From Candidatus Sumerlaeia bacterium (GTDB lineage Bacteria; Sumerlaeota; Sumerlaeia; JADFCW01), in the NCBI GenBank assembly GCA_026415575.1, contig JAOAGV010000006.1, positions 4,028-68,027 of the forward strand: 64,000 bases of DNA, written 5' to 3'. Position 1 is the stretch's first letter, and every line of letters begins with the position of its first letter. The notes beneath the pieces are model-generated. The model saw only the letters and a program-made list of their open reading frames with translations, was not told where the DNA came from and did no database searches. The translations under genes were made by a program, and so were the position numbers. This document shows, one piece after another, positions 1 through 10,835 of this stretch.

Positions 1-13
1 AAGACGCCCGCTG

Positions 14-667
14 GTGTATGCCATAGTGCCGGTGCTGGTCGCAGTAATCGCTGTGGCCGGCCGCAACCGGCGCTTGGGTTTCGGCCTGCTGTGGGCGGCG
101 TTGGCATTTTTCCCGGCCAGTATGACCGCCGACTATGCAACCGGCCGCTATTACTACGGCGCGATGATGGGCGCGGCGCTGGTTCTGGCCGAACTGGCTT
201 TGGCGGCCGACCGCGTGCTGGCGCGGCAACAGAGTTTCCCGGCGCTGATGGCGGCGCGCGTGGCCGGCGGCCTGGTCATTCTGTTCTTGGTTCATGCAAA
301 CATGTTTCTGACGACCTCAATTGTTACGCGCGACGCGCAAAAATGCCGGCAGATTGCGGACGTGCAGGAGTTCCTTGCCAGCCAACAAACCGTGCCGCCG
401 AAAACGCTGTTTCTGGTCCGCTGTCTGAACCGGCTGGATCATTTCCACGAGGGGATGGGCCTGCGCGAGATGTTCAAACTCGCCTTGCGCGACGACACGA
501 TCGAAGCCATCTTGCCGGATCAGCGATTGAGCAGCGAAACTCTGGCGGTCTTGCTGCGCGACTATCCCAAACCCGTTGAAGTATTGCGCGACCGAACGGG
601 GCGGCTCACCTTCCGTGTGCCCGTTCCCAAACCCGCGCCCAAGACGCCGGCGTCAGAGGGAAAATAG
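14..667 (+). CDS. Hypothetical membrane-anchored protein. Hydrophobic N-terminus, no family recognised. It could be an N-terminally extended or partial ORF at the window edge.
   Basis: Long ORF with GC-rich third codon positions. Hydrophobic N-terminus (VPVLVAVIAVAG, LLWAALAFF) followed by a soluble region. No conserved motif recognised. Confidence 0.4.
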   Translation: MYAIVPVLVAVIAVAGRNRRLGFGLLWAALAFFPASMTADYATGRYYYGAMMGAALVLAELALAADRVLARQQSFPALMAARVAGGLVILFLVHANMFLTTSIVTRDAQKCRQIADVQEFLASQQTVPPKTLFLVRCLNRLDHFHEGMGLREMFKLALRDDTIEAILPDQRLSSETLAVLLRDYPKPVEVLRDRTGRLTFRVPVPKPAPKTPASEGK

Positions 668-1060
668 AACTCCGCCTCCGTGCGAAGACACGGCCGGACA
701 GCGTTGGGGCGGATTTTACAGGAAGTACAAACGCTGGAGCGCAGCAATGGGAGCGGGCTGGCGGCCAATAAAAAAATCCCCACATCGCCGTATGAACTGA
801 CCTATTGAACCTTCAAGTAAGGTGGGTGCCCGCACAGACGCTTCCGAAGTCCCACGCGATCACGGGTGGGCATGTCTTCCACGTCAGAATATTAGACTCC
901 CAAAATGAAGGTGTTGGCTCAATAATAAATCAATCCATACCAACGACGCAGGGAACTTGAGTTTCGTTTGTTTCCCCCCTCACTCACTGGTGAGCGTATC
1001 GCAAAACGCCTTGCGCGCGCAAGCAAAATCGTTCATGCGCCAACAAGAAAATTTTGGTGC

Positions 1061-2017
1061 TTACGGGCAATGAGACAGCGATTTACCGGTGCGGCTCATG
1101 CGCACGAACAAGGCGGGAGCGACAAGCGAAGCTGTCAGGCCCGCCAGCAAAAACCGCAGACCATTTGCCGTCATCGAATGGGGCGGCGCAACGGCAGCGG
1201 TCGCGCACAACCACACGGCGTCCGCCGAAAACCAAGCAACAGCAAGCGCGGCAAGCCCAACAGCGCACCGCGCCGGATGCGGCGGCACCGCGCTCGTTTC
1301 TGCAAACCGTACGAAGTGCTTTTCCAGCAAATAGCCCATGCCATAGCCGATCAGAAAAAACGCTGCGCGCGCCTGCGCTGCATCGGGACGCACCCAGTAG
1401 AGTCCCAACGGAACGGCAATGACCAGAACCGTGTTTAAGGCAGGACTGGAAAGACTGGACGGGCGGCGGGACAGCCGAACCAGCATCGCGTAAAGGCCCA
1501 GTCCTACGCCGCCGAGCACAAGGCCGCCCGCCACATCGCCGACAAAATGCGCGCCCAGATACACGCGCGACAATCCCGTCAGGGCGATGACGCAGACGGC
1601 CAGCGCGGTTACGGCAGCGCGGCGGCGCCACAAGGCCAGTGCCCCCCAAAAGCAAACCGCCGCCTGTGGATGGCCGGACGGAAAACCATAGGACATCTGC
1701 GCGGGCATGGCCCAGCTCCGACCGTCCTTGTGCAGACTGCGCCGCATCAGAACATCGCGCAATTCCACGCGCGCAGGGTCCACCTGAAACGGCCGTGGCG
1801 ATTGCACACACTCCTTGATGAGGTGGCCGACCATGGCAGACAGAAGGACCAGCAGAATCATCCCAAAGGCGGCATGCTTGTCGCGCGTCCAGGCAAACAC
1901 ACAGAGAACGCCAACGAGCACCGGACTGTAAGCTGCGAGAGTCCAAAACCCGAAGAACCAGTCCGCCGGAGGCGATGGCAGGCGCTGCAGAAAGGCATTC
2001 CAGAAGGGATCGAACAT
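1061..2017 (-). CDS. PAP2-superfamily membrane phosphatase (phosphatidic acid phosphatase type 2 / undecaprenyl-diphosphatase-like).
   Basis: All three PAP2 motifs are present: K-x6-RP (KECVQSPRP), PSGH, and SRxxxxxHxxxD (SRVYLGAHFVGDV). Several TM segments. Confidence 0.7.
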   Translation of the reverse strand: MFDPFWNAFLQRLPSPPADWFFGFWTLAAYSPVLVGVLCVFAWTRDKHAAFGMILLVLLSAMVGHLIKECVQSPRPFQVDPARVELRDVLMRRSLHKDGRSWAMPAQMSYGFPSGHPQAAVCFWGALALWRRRAAVTALAVCVIALTGLSRVYLGAHFVGDVAGGLVLGGVGLGLYAMLVRLSRRPSSLSSPALNTVLVIAVPLGLYWVRPDAAQARAAFFLIGYGMGYLLEKHFVRFAETSAVPPHPARCAVGLAALAVAWFSADAVWLCATAAVAPPHSMTANGLRFLLAGLTASLVAPALFVRMSRTGKSLSHCP

Positions 2018-2451
2018 GGGTGCCCCGCCAATGCGGCTTTCCCCATCGTCAGTTTGATCAAGTTACGGGCGTTCAAACAAGTCCATTTGCGCGGGCGACG
2101 ACGGCGCTTCGCCCAGCACGGCCAGCACGGGTGCGAAGGCTGCGCCCAAATTGCGCGCAAGGGTCAACCCGCGCAAGCTGGCGACGTGCGCGCTGTCGGA
2201 AGGCAGTGCCTGCGTGTCGCGCGACAAGTCGGTCTCCGGGTTCCAACACATGGACATTCATCCGTCCGCAATGCGAAAAATGATAGTGGTCAGCAAAAAA
2301 GTCAAACAGGAACCGGCGCGGGCGGCGTCCGGCGGTGCACTTTTCGCTTGCTTGGCAGGGGCACAGACGCATAAAGTTTCCAAACCTTCGTATGCGAAGG
2401 GAAAAAGGTTTTGTGAGGCGCGTCATAACCAAACCCAGTTGAGGTCGGGGA

Positions 2452-2949
2452 ATGGAAGAAGCGGACGTTGTGCAAGCCCAGCCGGGAGAAACAAAACCGG
2501 ATTTGTATTCGAGGCATGTTCAGAGTTTTGTGAATTTGGCCGAAAAGGACTTCTCGAAAGCGTTGGAGCAATTTGGCTTCAGCGTATGGCATTCGCTTTC
2601 CCCCAAAGATGCCGCCGTATGCCGCGAGAAAGCGGGATTGAAGTTGGAGTATTTTGACTACTATAACCGCGGCACAGCGGCGGCCATGGAGAACAAATGG
2701 GCCGAGGCGGTCGCCGATCTTCGCGCGGCGCTGAAGGCCGATCCCGATTTCGCCCCTGCTGCGTATAATCTGGCGTTGTGTCTGGAGAAACTGGAGCGGT
2801 TCGACGAGGCACGCGAGGCTTGGCGCAACTATCTCAAGATTCTGGATCGCGTGCAAGACCGCACCAAACGCGGCGTGGCTACGGATGCTGAGGCCGCGCA
2901 CGAAAAAGCCCGGGTGCAGCAGCACCTCGAATCGCTCGGGAAGAACTAG
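2452..2949 (+). CDS. Small TPR-like repeat protein.
   Basis: 165-aa ORF with TPR-like helices (AAYNLALCLEKLERFDEAREAWRNYLKI). Sits immediately upstream of the amidase gene on the same strand. Confidence 0.45.
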   Translation: MEEADVVQAQPGETKPDLYSRHVQSFVNLAEKDFSKALEQFGFSVWHSLSPKDAAVCREKAGLKLEYFDYYNRGTAAAMENKWAEAVADLRAALKADPDFAPAAYNLALCLEKLERFDEAREAWRNYLKILDRVQDRTKRGVATDAEAAHEKARVQQHLESLGKN

Positions 2950-3067
2950 CCGGCGCGGAACCGCCGGGGCGGTTCCCTCTGCGCAAACCCCGCCGGCGAA
3001 GGCAGACCGGTCCGGTCGGTCGGCCGCGGCACAAACGCCTGATGTTGCTCCGGTTGATGGGATTTGC

Positions 3068-4429
3068 ATGAGACCGCGCGCTCTTGACAGACGAATCGGC
3101 CGGCTCTCTGCCGCATGGACGGTGGTGCTCCTGTTTCTCCCGTGCGCCGCTGCCGTCTCCGCAGTCTCGTTGCGCGATATTCGGACGGAGATTCTCGAGC
3201 GCTACGGTGTGACGCGTTGCGTGGTGGAACTGAGCGGCGAAACCCCCTTCTTTGAACGCAACTATCTGGAAAGCAAAAAGTATTTTTTGGTGGACATTTA
3301 CCACATCAGCCCTCCGGCGGCCGAGCGGTTCATCACACCGGCCAGCGGCCCCGTCCGGCAAGTGCTTGTGCTCAACCGCAAAGACCCCGAAACCCAGGTT
3401 CTCACGCTCGTTTTTTATCTCACCGACACGCGCCTTTACCGTGTGTTTTCCGTTCAGAATCCATTTCGGATTGTGATTGATGTCTATCATGCCACCGAAG
3501 GACTGACTCCGACGGCTCCCAAGCCGCAGACGGTTTCGGCCTTGACCGGGGCAATCAGTGGGACGGTCCCGCGCACCCAAGTTTCGCCAGCGGTGACTCC
3601 TGCAGTTGCACCCGGCCTTGCCGGTTTTTCGGGCGACCGCTATCGGAAACCCGGCAAAAAGATTATCATCTTGGACCCCGGACACGGCGGCAGCGACCCC
3701 GGCGCGGAGTCGTATGTCAAGATCAACGGCACACGACTGCAGGAAAAAGACCTCAATCTCGCTATCGCCAAAGAGATCAAACGCCTGATAGATGCCTCGC
3801 CCAACATGGAAGCGTTTATGACCCGCGAGACGGACAAATATATGTCGCTGGCCGACCGACAGAACTTCTGCGACCGGCACAAGCCACCCATCTGCGGCGA
3901 CTTGTTTCTTAGCATCCACTGCAATGCGTCGGACTCTTATCGCACGCGCGGGGCGCGCGGCATCGAGTTCTACTATCTCAATCCCACGGGAACGGCCAAA
4001 GGCTCGCTTCGCTATCTCGAAGAGCTGGAGAACCGAAACGGCGGCAGCGGCTCGGACAGCACGTCGCCGAAAGATCATCCGATTTTTTTCACCCTTGCCC
4101 GCGAGTCGCTTCTGAAGTGGCTGACCGAGGGACGCATTGTCTGCGAGCACCTGAAAGCCAGCTGCCTGCAGGTGCCCTATTACCGCGCCTACAACAACCG
4201 GGAATTGATGGTGCAGCAGGCGTTCTTCCGCGTTTTGTTTCAGGCCGACATGCCGGCCGTGCTGGTCGAGGTGGGTTTTCTTACCAACGCCGAGGAATGC
4301 CAGAAGCTGGCGAATCCGGCATTTCAAAAGCAGGCGGCTACAGCTATTTACAACGGAATTGCGTCGTATTTCAAAGCCCGCGACGAACGATTTGAACCCA
4401 AGCTGCTGGCCCTTCCGGTCAGCCCGTAA
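3068..4429 (+). CDS. N-acetylmuramoyl-L-alanine amidase (Amidase_3, AmiC-like) with a signal peptide.
   Basis: Amidase_3 signature KIIILDPGHGGSDPGA, followed by the AMEAFMTRETD...LADR and SIHCNAS motifs. Start re-set to the internal ATG (MRPRALDRRIGRLSAAWTVVLLFLPCAA) with a signal peptide, because the track start at 2885 overlaps the upstream gene. Confidence 0.8.
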   Translation: MRPRALDRRIGRLSAAWTVVLLFLPCAAAVSAVSLRDIRTEILERYGVTRCVVELSGETPFFERNYLESKKYFLVDIYHISPPAAERFITPASGPVRQVLVLNRKDPETQVLTLVFYLTDTRLYRVFSVQNPFRIVIDVYHATEGLTPTAPKPQTVSALTGAISGTVPRTQVSPAVTPAVAPGLAGFSGDRYRKPGKKIIILDPGHGGSDPGAESYVKINGTRLQEKDLNLAIAKEIKRLIDASPNMEAFMTRETDKYMSLADRQNFCDRHKPPICGDLFLSIHCNASDSYRTRGARGIEFYYLNPTGTAKGSLRYLEELENRNGGSGSDSTSPKDHPIFFTLARESLLKWLTEGRIVCEHLKASCLQVPYYRAYNNRELMVQQAFFRVLFQADMPAVLVEVGFLTNAEECQKLANPAFQKQAATAIYNGIASYFKARDERFEPKLLALPVSP

Positions 4430-4524
4430 CCGTGTGAACCGCGGCAAAGAGAACGGCGGCGCAAGGGCAATTGCGCCATTGGCGCCATCGCCTGTTTTTT
4501 TCAAATCCGCGGGGAGCAGTCACT

Positions 4525-4974
4525 ATGGGAACCCGCCGGCTTGCCCGCGAGCGAGCCGTCCAAGTCCTTTATGCCATTGACCGCACCGGCCAGTCCCTGA
4601 GCGATGCGCTGGTGGGCTATTTGGAAATGCTGCAGGACGGCAAACGCCGGAGCCATCTCCATCACTTCACGGTCGAGCTGCTCGAAACCACCCTTGCCCA
4701 CCTCGAGGAAATTGACCATCTGCTGGCCGGTGTAATTACCCACTGGCAACCCGAGCGCGTCGCCGTAGTAGACCGCCAAATCCTGCGCCTCGCTTGTTGC
4801 GAATTGCTTTTTTACCCCGATATTCCCCCCAAGGTCGTTTTGAACGAATACATCGAAGTGGCCAAAGTCTATAGCGGCGAGGACGCCGCGGCTTTTGTGA
4901 ACGGGGTTCTCGACCGCATTATGCACATGAAAAAAATGATGAATGATGAACAAGGAATGATGAATAATGAATAG
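4525..4974 (+). CDS. nusB: Transcription antitermination factor NusB.
   Basis: NusB N-terminus RRLARERAVQVLYAIDRTG, then the ...DRQILRLACCELLF... and EYIEVAKVY..AFVNGVLDRI blocks. Unusual Met/Asn-rich C-terminal tail (HMKKMMNDEQGMMNNE) encoded by an ATGA-rich repeat. Confidence 0.85.
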   Translation: MGTRRLARERAVQVLYAIDRTGQSLSDALVGYLEMLQDGKRRSHLHHFTVELLETTLAHLEEIDHLLAGVITHWQPERVAVVDRQILRLACCELLFYPDIPPKVVLNEYIEVAKVYSGEDAAAFVNGVLDRIMHMKKMMNDEQGMMNNE

Positions 4975-5140
4975 GGGCATGATGAATAGGAAATCCGGCT
5001 TTGCGTGGGATAAAATGGGAAGAGTGGATCAACAGCTTTTTAATTTCAGTGCGCGTGTTTTGCAAACATACCTGTTTTCCACCCCCTATCATTCGTCATT
5101 CCGCGCTCCTTATTCATCATTCATCATTCATCATTCATTA
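4935..5140. repeat. AT-rich imperfect inverted repeat built from (ATGATGAAT)n-like units. The left arm overlaps the nusB 3' end; the right arm lies just upstream of waaA.
   Basis: Left arm aaatgatgaatgatgaacaaggaatgatgaataatgaatagg...; right arm ttattcatcattcatcattcatcattcatt is its reverse complement. About 95 nt lies between the arms. Local GC is far below the window average. Confidence 0.6.
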
Positions 5141-5165
5141 TTCTCCTGTCTTGCATAGGATTCCT

Positions 5166-6464
5166 ATGACCCTCTACGACCTCGTCTATCTGGCGGCTTC
5201 GCCCTTCTTGCTCAGCATGATCGGCTATCGTTATGCATTTCAGCGAAAGTATCATGAGAGCCTGAAGGGGATGCTGGGGCTTCCGCTTCCGCCGCCGCTG
5301 CCACCGGCGCCCGACGGCCGGCGTCCGATGGTCTTTTGGGTCCATTCGGTCTCGGTCGGCGAGGTGGTCGCCGCTGCCGGCATCATCCGCGAAATCCGGG
5401 CCGCCTGGCCCGACTGTCGCATCTGCGCTTCGACCATCACGGAAACAGGACAGGCCCATGCCCGTCGCTTCATCCGCGATCTGGTGGACGGAATTTTTTA
5501 TTATCCGCTCGATCTGTCGTGGAATGTGGAGCGGTTTCTCGACCGCATTCAGCCGGATTTTTACATCATGATGGAGACTGAGTTGTGGCCCAACCTGTTG
5601 CTGCGGTGCGGCCAGCGCGGGATTCCTGTTGTCATGATGAACGGCAAGATCAGCGAACGGTCGTTCCGGCGCTATCGCCGCTACGACTTTTTCTTCCGGC
5701 CCGCGCTGCGTTCCATCGCCGCCTATTGCATGCAAACGCAACTGGATGCCGAGCGCATGCGCGAGATCGCCGGCCCGAATGCCCCCATCATTGTTGCCGG
5801 CAACTGCAAGTTTGATTCGCTGGCCTGTCCGCTGGCCGAGAGCGAACGCGCGGCGCTGGCCGCCCGCTGGTCGGTAGACCGGTCGGCGCCGGTCGTTGTG
5901 GTCGGCAGCACACATCCGGGCGAAGAGGAGATTATCGCACGCGCGGCCTCGGCGCTGAAGCCCGACTTTCCCGGCCTCACGTGGATTGTCGCCCCGCGCC
6001 ACGTCAATCGCGCCGACTCAATTGTGCCAATTTTTTCCGCCGCTGGATTGTCCCTCTCCCGCGTATCGAATTCTGCCGGCGGCCGCGCCGACGTTGTTCT
6101 GCTCGATGTTATGGGCGAACTTGCCCACGCCTACTCGCTGGCCACATTGGCTGTGGTGTGCGGCTCGTTCGCCCCTATTGGCGGCCACAATCTGCTCGAA
6201 CCGGCCATCTATGGCGTGCCCGTGTTGTATGGGCCGCACATGGAGAAGCAGCCGGAGCTGCTGCGGCTGTTTCGGCAGTCGGGCGGCGGCGTTCAAGTCG
6301 AGGCGGGTGAACTGGCTGGAACAGTCAAACGCTTGCTGCAAAACGCCGACGAGCGCCAGCGCATCGGGCGCCTGGCCGCCGAGACGGTGGAATTGAATCG
6401 CGGCAGCGCCAAACGCCACATGGACGTGCTGCGGAAAGTGGTCGAAGCGCGGCGGAAACAATAG
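5166..6464 (+). CDS. waaA: 3-deoxy-D-manno-octulosonic acid (Kdo) transferase WaaA/KdtA.
   Basis: GT30 Kdo-transferase N-terminal signature VWVHSVSVGEVVAAAGIIREIRAAWPDCRICASTITETG. The C-terminal GT-B domain GSTHPGEEE...GGHNLLEPA is present. Start re-set to MTLYDLVYLAASPFLL, which removes the extension encoded by the repeat. Confidence 0.85.
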   Translation: MTLYDLVYLAASPFLLSMIGYRYAFQRKYHESLKGMLGLPLPPPLPPAPDGRRPMVFWVHSVSVGEVVAAAGIIREIRAAWPDCRICASTITETGQAHARRFIRDLVDGIFYYPLDLSWNVERFLDRIQPDFYIMMETELWPNLLLRCGQRGIPVVMMNGKISERSFRRYRRYDFFFRPALRSIAAYCMQTQLDAERMREIAGPNAPIIVAGNCKFDSLACPLAESERAALAARWSVDRSAPVVVVGSTHPGEEEIIARAASALKPDFPGLTWIVAPRHVNRADSIVPIFSAAGLSLSRVSNSAGGRADVVLLDVMGELAHAYSLATLAVVCGSFAPIGGHNLLEPAIYGVPVLYGPHMEKQPELLRLFRQSGGGVQVEAGELAGTVKRLLQNADERQRIGRLAAETVELNRGSAKRHMDVLRKVVEARRKQ

Positions 6465-6483
6465 AGATTTGTCAGCGAAAGGA

Positions 6484-6642
6484 GATGCGGATGACAGGGC
6501 TTTTGGACTTTTTAGGAACAATCGCTTTGGTGGTCGGCGTCGTGTTGTGGGTTCTGATGCTCAGGAGCGGCTTGGCCAATCTGCGGGCGGACAAAATGCG
6601 TTCCAGTGAATCTCCGTCCGAACCGACCCCTCCCCAGTAGGC
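6484..6642 (+). CDS. Possible small membrane protein, about 52 aa with one TM.
   Basis: Short ORF MRMTGLLDFLGTIALVVGVVLWVLMLRSGLANL..., preceded by gaaaggag (RBS-like). Below the 60-aa cutoff of the ORF track. Confidence 0.3.
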
Positions 6643-6709
6643 CTCATTGGGCGACGCCGATAGATGCACCGACCGCAGCCGATGGTCATATCCCGGCCGC
6701 AGGGGTATG

Positions 6710-8827
6710 TTACTTTGCACCGCCCACAGAGAATTTCGGCAAGAAAAACAGCCGCAGCGTGGTGCGGCCCGCGTTTTGTTCATAGGCAAACAGCCGCCAA
6801 AAGAATGAAAACTTCGACCGCTCCGGCGACGTCTCCCATGCCAGAAAGGGGAACATTTCTGTGGTGGTTGTTGCGCCCCGCTCGTCGCGGCGGAATGCCC
6901 GCCAGATCACGCTGAACCGGCTGTCGCCGTTGGGTTGTTTGCGATAGTCGAGAATCTTGAACAAGGCCGAGACGTGTTCTTCTTCGCCCGTCGCCTCGCC
7001 CCAGAACCACAGCGGGTCGAGCGCCGAGATGTTGGTGGATTTGCCCGCCGCCTTGTAAGAATACAACGGCCAAAGCCCCTGCGAAAGGTAGTCCTTGCGG
7101 CGCTTGTCCCAGAACAGCGCGAGGACGTGGAGTTCTTTGTAGAAATTCTCCGGCTGTCCGAAGGTGCCTTTTGTTTCCACGCGATGAAAGACCAGCGGCG
7201 TCCCGACCGTCAGGCTGAGGTCGTTTTCGGCTTTTTTGTTCCAAAGGCTGCCCTTTTCGTACCGGAAGAGAGCCAGCGGCAGCGCCCATTTTTGATAGCC
7301 GTTGGTGGCGCGCTGATGCGTAAGAATCGGAAAGAGAACTTTTAGGATTGCCAACGGCGTGCGCGAAGGCTCGAACTGTTTTCCGGCTATGGCCGTGAGC
7401 AAATCCATTACGGCGAACGTGACGACCCCATGATTCTCTTCGCTACTTTTCCATTTCTTTCCTTCCTCTGCCTCGGGTACATAGTCTGAAAAATGGAACT
7501 GCTTCCGTTCGCGCGTGTAGGAATACAGCGGGTAAAGGCCGTGGGCGCGTAAAAAGCCGGGGGTGTCTTCGGCAAGGCGGCTTTTTGCCCAATAGAACAG
7601 CGTGAGGACGTTCAGCGCGTCAAAATTGGCGCCGACTTTGAAAAGCCCCATCGGCAGCAATGTCAGAATCCGCCGCTGCCGCGAATCCTGTGTCGTCTTC
7701 TCCCGATACAGCGGCCAAAGCACCGACAGGTCGGACTTTTCGCGCGTGCGGTCATAATTGAAAAGCGGGAACACGCGGTCGAGCTGGCGCACGTGGCCGC
7801 GCCCGCGCGCAATCAGATGCAGCAACAGGCTTCGCTGTTCGTAGTCCTTCTCGCGCCAATAGTCGTAAAAAGGCCGTACGATGCGGACTACGCATTCCGG
7901 CCCTTCGCCCCACTGGATAATCGGATAGAAGATGTCCGTCTCGCGGTAACCGTCTTTCGACCACCGAATCCACGTCCCGGGCCCGAAGGCCTCCCACTCC
8001 GCTTTGCCCAGCCGCCCTTTTCCATATATGGGCAGAATGATTGTGGCGTCTTGAAAATCCCAATAGAGTGGAAAGAACACAGCCGTCTCGCCGATGTTGT
8101 AGTAGAGCGGCAGCACAATGAACGACTTGTAGACGCGGCCTTCCTTGCTCCAGAGAACCGGAAACAGGTTGGCAAATTGTTTGTTACCGCGGCGGCTGAC
8201 CCACCACGGCAGAAGGCCGGTGATGGAGTTTTCGCGCCCTTCGCGGCCATGGAAAGCCAGAAGACAGACAAACCGATAGTCGTCCTCGGCGTTTTTTAAC
8301 CACCAGCCCAGAGGCAGAACAATGGCCCATCGCCGCTGGCCGTCGCGCCCCCAGATGACGGGCGTCAAAAAATTGTTGTAGTCGGTCCTGCCCCCGTAGG
8401 ACCGCCCCCAAGGAAATACGAGGAGGAAATAGCGATCGCTGTCCGTACGGTCGAACCACCATACTTCGGGGAACAGCACGATGTACCGTTCGTTGGAATC
8501 GTGTCCAAAAAACAAAGGAACAAAACGGAAATGTCGTTCGATCGAACTGGACTGCATTCGCCAGACCGGCCACAAGAAATCCCATGTCGTTTTGTTCTGG
8601 TTTTTGTTGTGATGATAGACTGTCAGAAGGACCCGCCAGGTAGTATCGTCGGGTGTTTTTTCGGCATCCAGCAAGAGCGGCCACAGGATTTCGAGGTCGG
8701 TGCGACCGGGCTGCGGATCGTAGCGCAAAAGCGGCCAGAGCGCGATTTTTTCCGACTCCCCCGTCTTGGCCGCCCCACCCGCGGCGGCAAGAAACATTAA
8801 ACTGAACACTGCCGGCCAAGTTGCCAT
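6710..8827 (-). CDS. Secreted repeat protein of about 705 aa. It carries roughly 25 copies of a 20-24 aa hydrophobic-W-P-L/V motif (possibly a beta-hairpin or beta-propeller-type repeat); family unknown.
   Basis: Signal peptide MATWPAVFSLMFLAAAGGAA. Recurrent motifs IALWPLL, EILWPLL, FLWPVW, IVLFPEVWW, LLVFPWG, AIVLPLGWW, LFPVLW, FIVLPLYY, VFFPLYW, SVLWPLY, GLYPLYSY, GLWPLYSY. RBS GGAAGGAG upstream of the ATG at 8827. Confidence 0.6.
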   Translation of the reverse strand: MATWPAVFSLMFLAAAGGAAKTGESEKIALWPLLRYDPQPGRTDLEILWPLLLDAEKTPDDTTWRVLLTVYHHNKNQNKTTWDFLWPVWRMQSSSIERHFRFVPLFFGHDSNERYIVLFPEVWWFDRTDSDRYFLLVFPWGRSYGGRTDYNNFLTPVIWGRDGQRRWAIVLPLGWWLKNAEDDYRFVCLLAFHGREGRENSITGLLPWWVSRRGNKQFANLFPVLWSKEGRVYKSFIVLPLYYNIGETAVFFPLYWDFQDATIILPIYGKGRLGKAEWEAFGPGTWIRWSKDGYRETDIFYPIIQWGEGPECVVRIVRPFYDYWREKDYEQRSLLLHLIARGRGHVRQLDRVFPLFNYDRTREKSDLSVLWPLYREKTTQDSRQRRILTLLPMGLFKVGANFDALNVLTLFYWAKSRLAEDTPGFLRAHGLYPLYSYTRERKQFHFSDYVPEAEEGKKWKSSEENHGVVTFAVMDLLTAIAGKQFEPSRTPLAILKVLFPILTHQRATNGYQKWALPLALFRYEKGSLWNKKAENDLSLTVGTPLVFHRVETKGTFGQPENFYKELHVLALFWDKRRKDYLSQGLWPLYSYKAAGKSTNISALDPLWFWGEATGEEEHVSALFKILDYRKQPNGDSRFSVIWRAFRRDERGATTTTEMFPFLAWETSPERSKFSFFWRLFAYEQNAGRTTLRLFFLPKFSVGGAK

Positions 8828-9166
8828 GATCGGAACTCCTTCCGCATGGTGTGTGGGCTTTTCCAGTCCAACATACCAACTCGGCAACAAAACCGAATCT
8901 TTGTCAATGGGCCATTTTCGCGATGGCGACAGCAAGGCAACATCGGCCGGACATGTCAGGCGGGTTGCAATTCAACCCGCACGCGGTCCAAACCACACTT
9001 GGTTCAAACAGCACGTAGTCAAACTTCAGAGTCTCTTGCAAAAGTTAATGTTCCATTATGTTCGGGACGATTTGAAGTCTTGGATGAGGCACTATCGAAT
9101 GTGACTATACAAGCGCCAACTACAAACGGCACAGCAACGTGGCCTCCGGCCGCAACCAAAGAGCTC

Positions 9167-9217
9167 AGAGGCAAGAGGCAAGAGGTTAAGAGGGTAGAAG
9201 TTAGAGGGTAGAAGTTA
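9167..9217. repeat. Purine-rich tandem repeat (gaggcaa x2, gagggtagaagtta x2).
   Basis: Sequence: gaggcaagaggcaagaggttaagagggtagaagttagagggtagaagttag. Confidence 0.6.
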
Positions 9218-9374
9218 GAAAAGATCTCCGCAAATTTGCTGGATGTTTAAGACGAAAGATTGTAACATGGCTTTTGGCAACAGCCAAAGCAATGCGCAAA
9301 AGGGCATATAGAGAATACGCACAGGGGAACATATGGACAGGCAAACTGGGATTTCAGTCCACGCGCGGTTTTTT

Positions 9375-9505
9375 CCGGCCCTGAAAGGGTCGTCCCCGTT
9401 ATTTACCAAGTCCGATATAGCCAAACATCATCGGCCCTGAAAGGGGCATCTACTTTAGCCCAGGGCAGCGCCCTGGGAAGAATCGCCCCTCAAAGTTGGA
9501 AAGCC
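9375..9505. repeat. Three spaced copies of the small hairpin motif GCCCTGAAAGGG, plus a perfect 8-bp-stem palindrome (cccagggcagcgccctggg).
   Basis: Motif copies at about 9378, 9434 and 9492, spaced 60-70 nt apart. Palindrome at about 9459-9477. The region lies in a 775-nt intergenic stretch of lower GC. Confidence 0.5.
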
Positions 9506-9561
9506 CTGAAAGGGCGCTCCATCGTTGGCCGTGGCCGTTGGTAGCGCCTCCTTTCTGGGGC

Positions 9562-9584
9562 GAAGAAAAGCCCCGACATCGGGG
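9562..9584 (-). terminator. Putative Rho-independent terminator downstream of carA.
   Basis: On the minus strand the hairpin ccccgatgtcgggg is followed by cttttcttc. It lies about 125 nt after the carA stop. Confidence 0.35.
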
Positions 9585-9710
9585 AAACGAACGATGCGTC
9601 CGAGCGTGCAATGGGGGTTAGAGCGGTTCTGGCCCCAATCCAGGCAAAAAAGCTATCTCTCTTGACGAGTTCAAGGGACTTCCCTTCTCGTGGGCGCAGC
9701 CCGTGTGTTG

Positions 9711-10835
<1,125 letters not shown>

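Noticed and set aside
2885-3067. Upstream extension of the amidase ORF (track start 2885)
   Set aside because: It overlaps the 3' end of the preceding TPR ORF. The internal ATG at 3068 gives a proper signal peptide.
9375-9505. Possible CRISPR array, because of the three regularly spaced GCCCTGAAAGGG copies
   Set aside because: The repeats are only 12-13 nt, the flanks are not identical repeats of 24-40 nt, and no cas genes are present.
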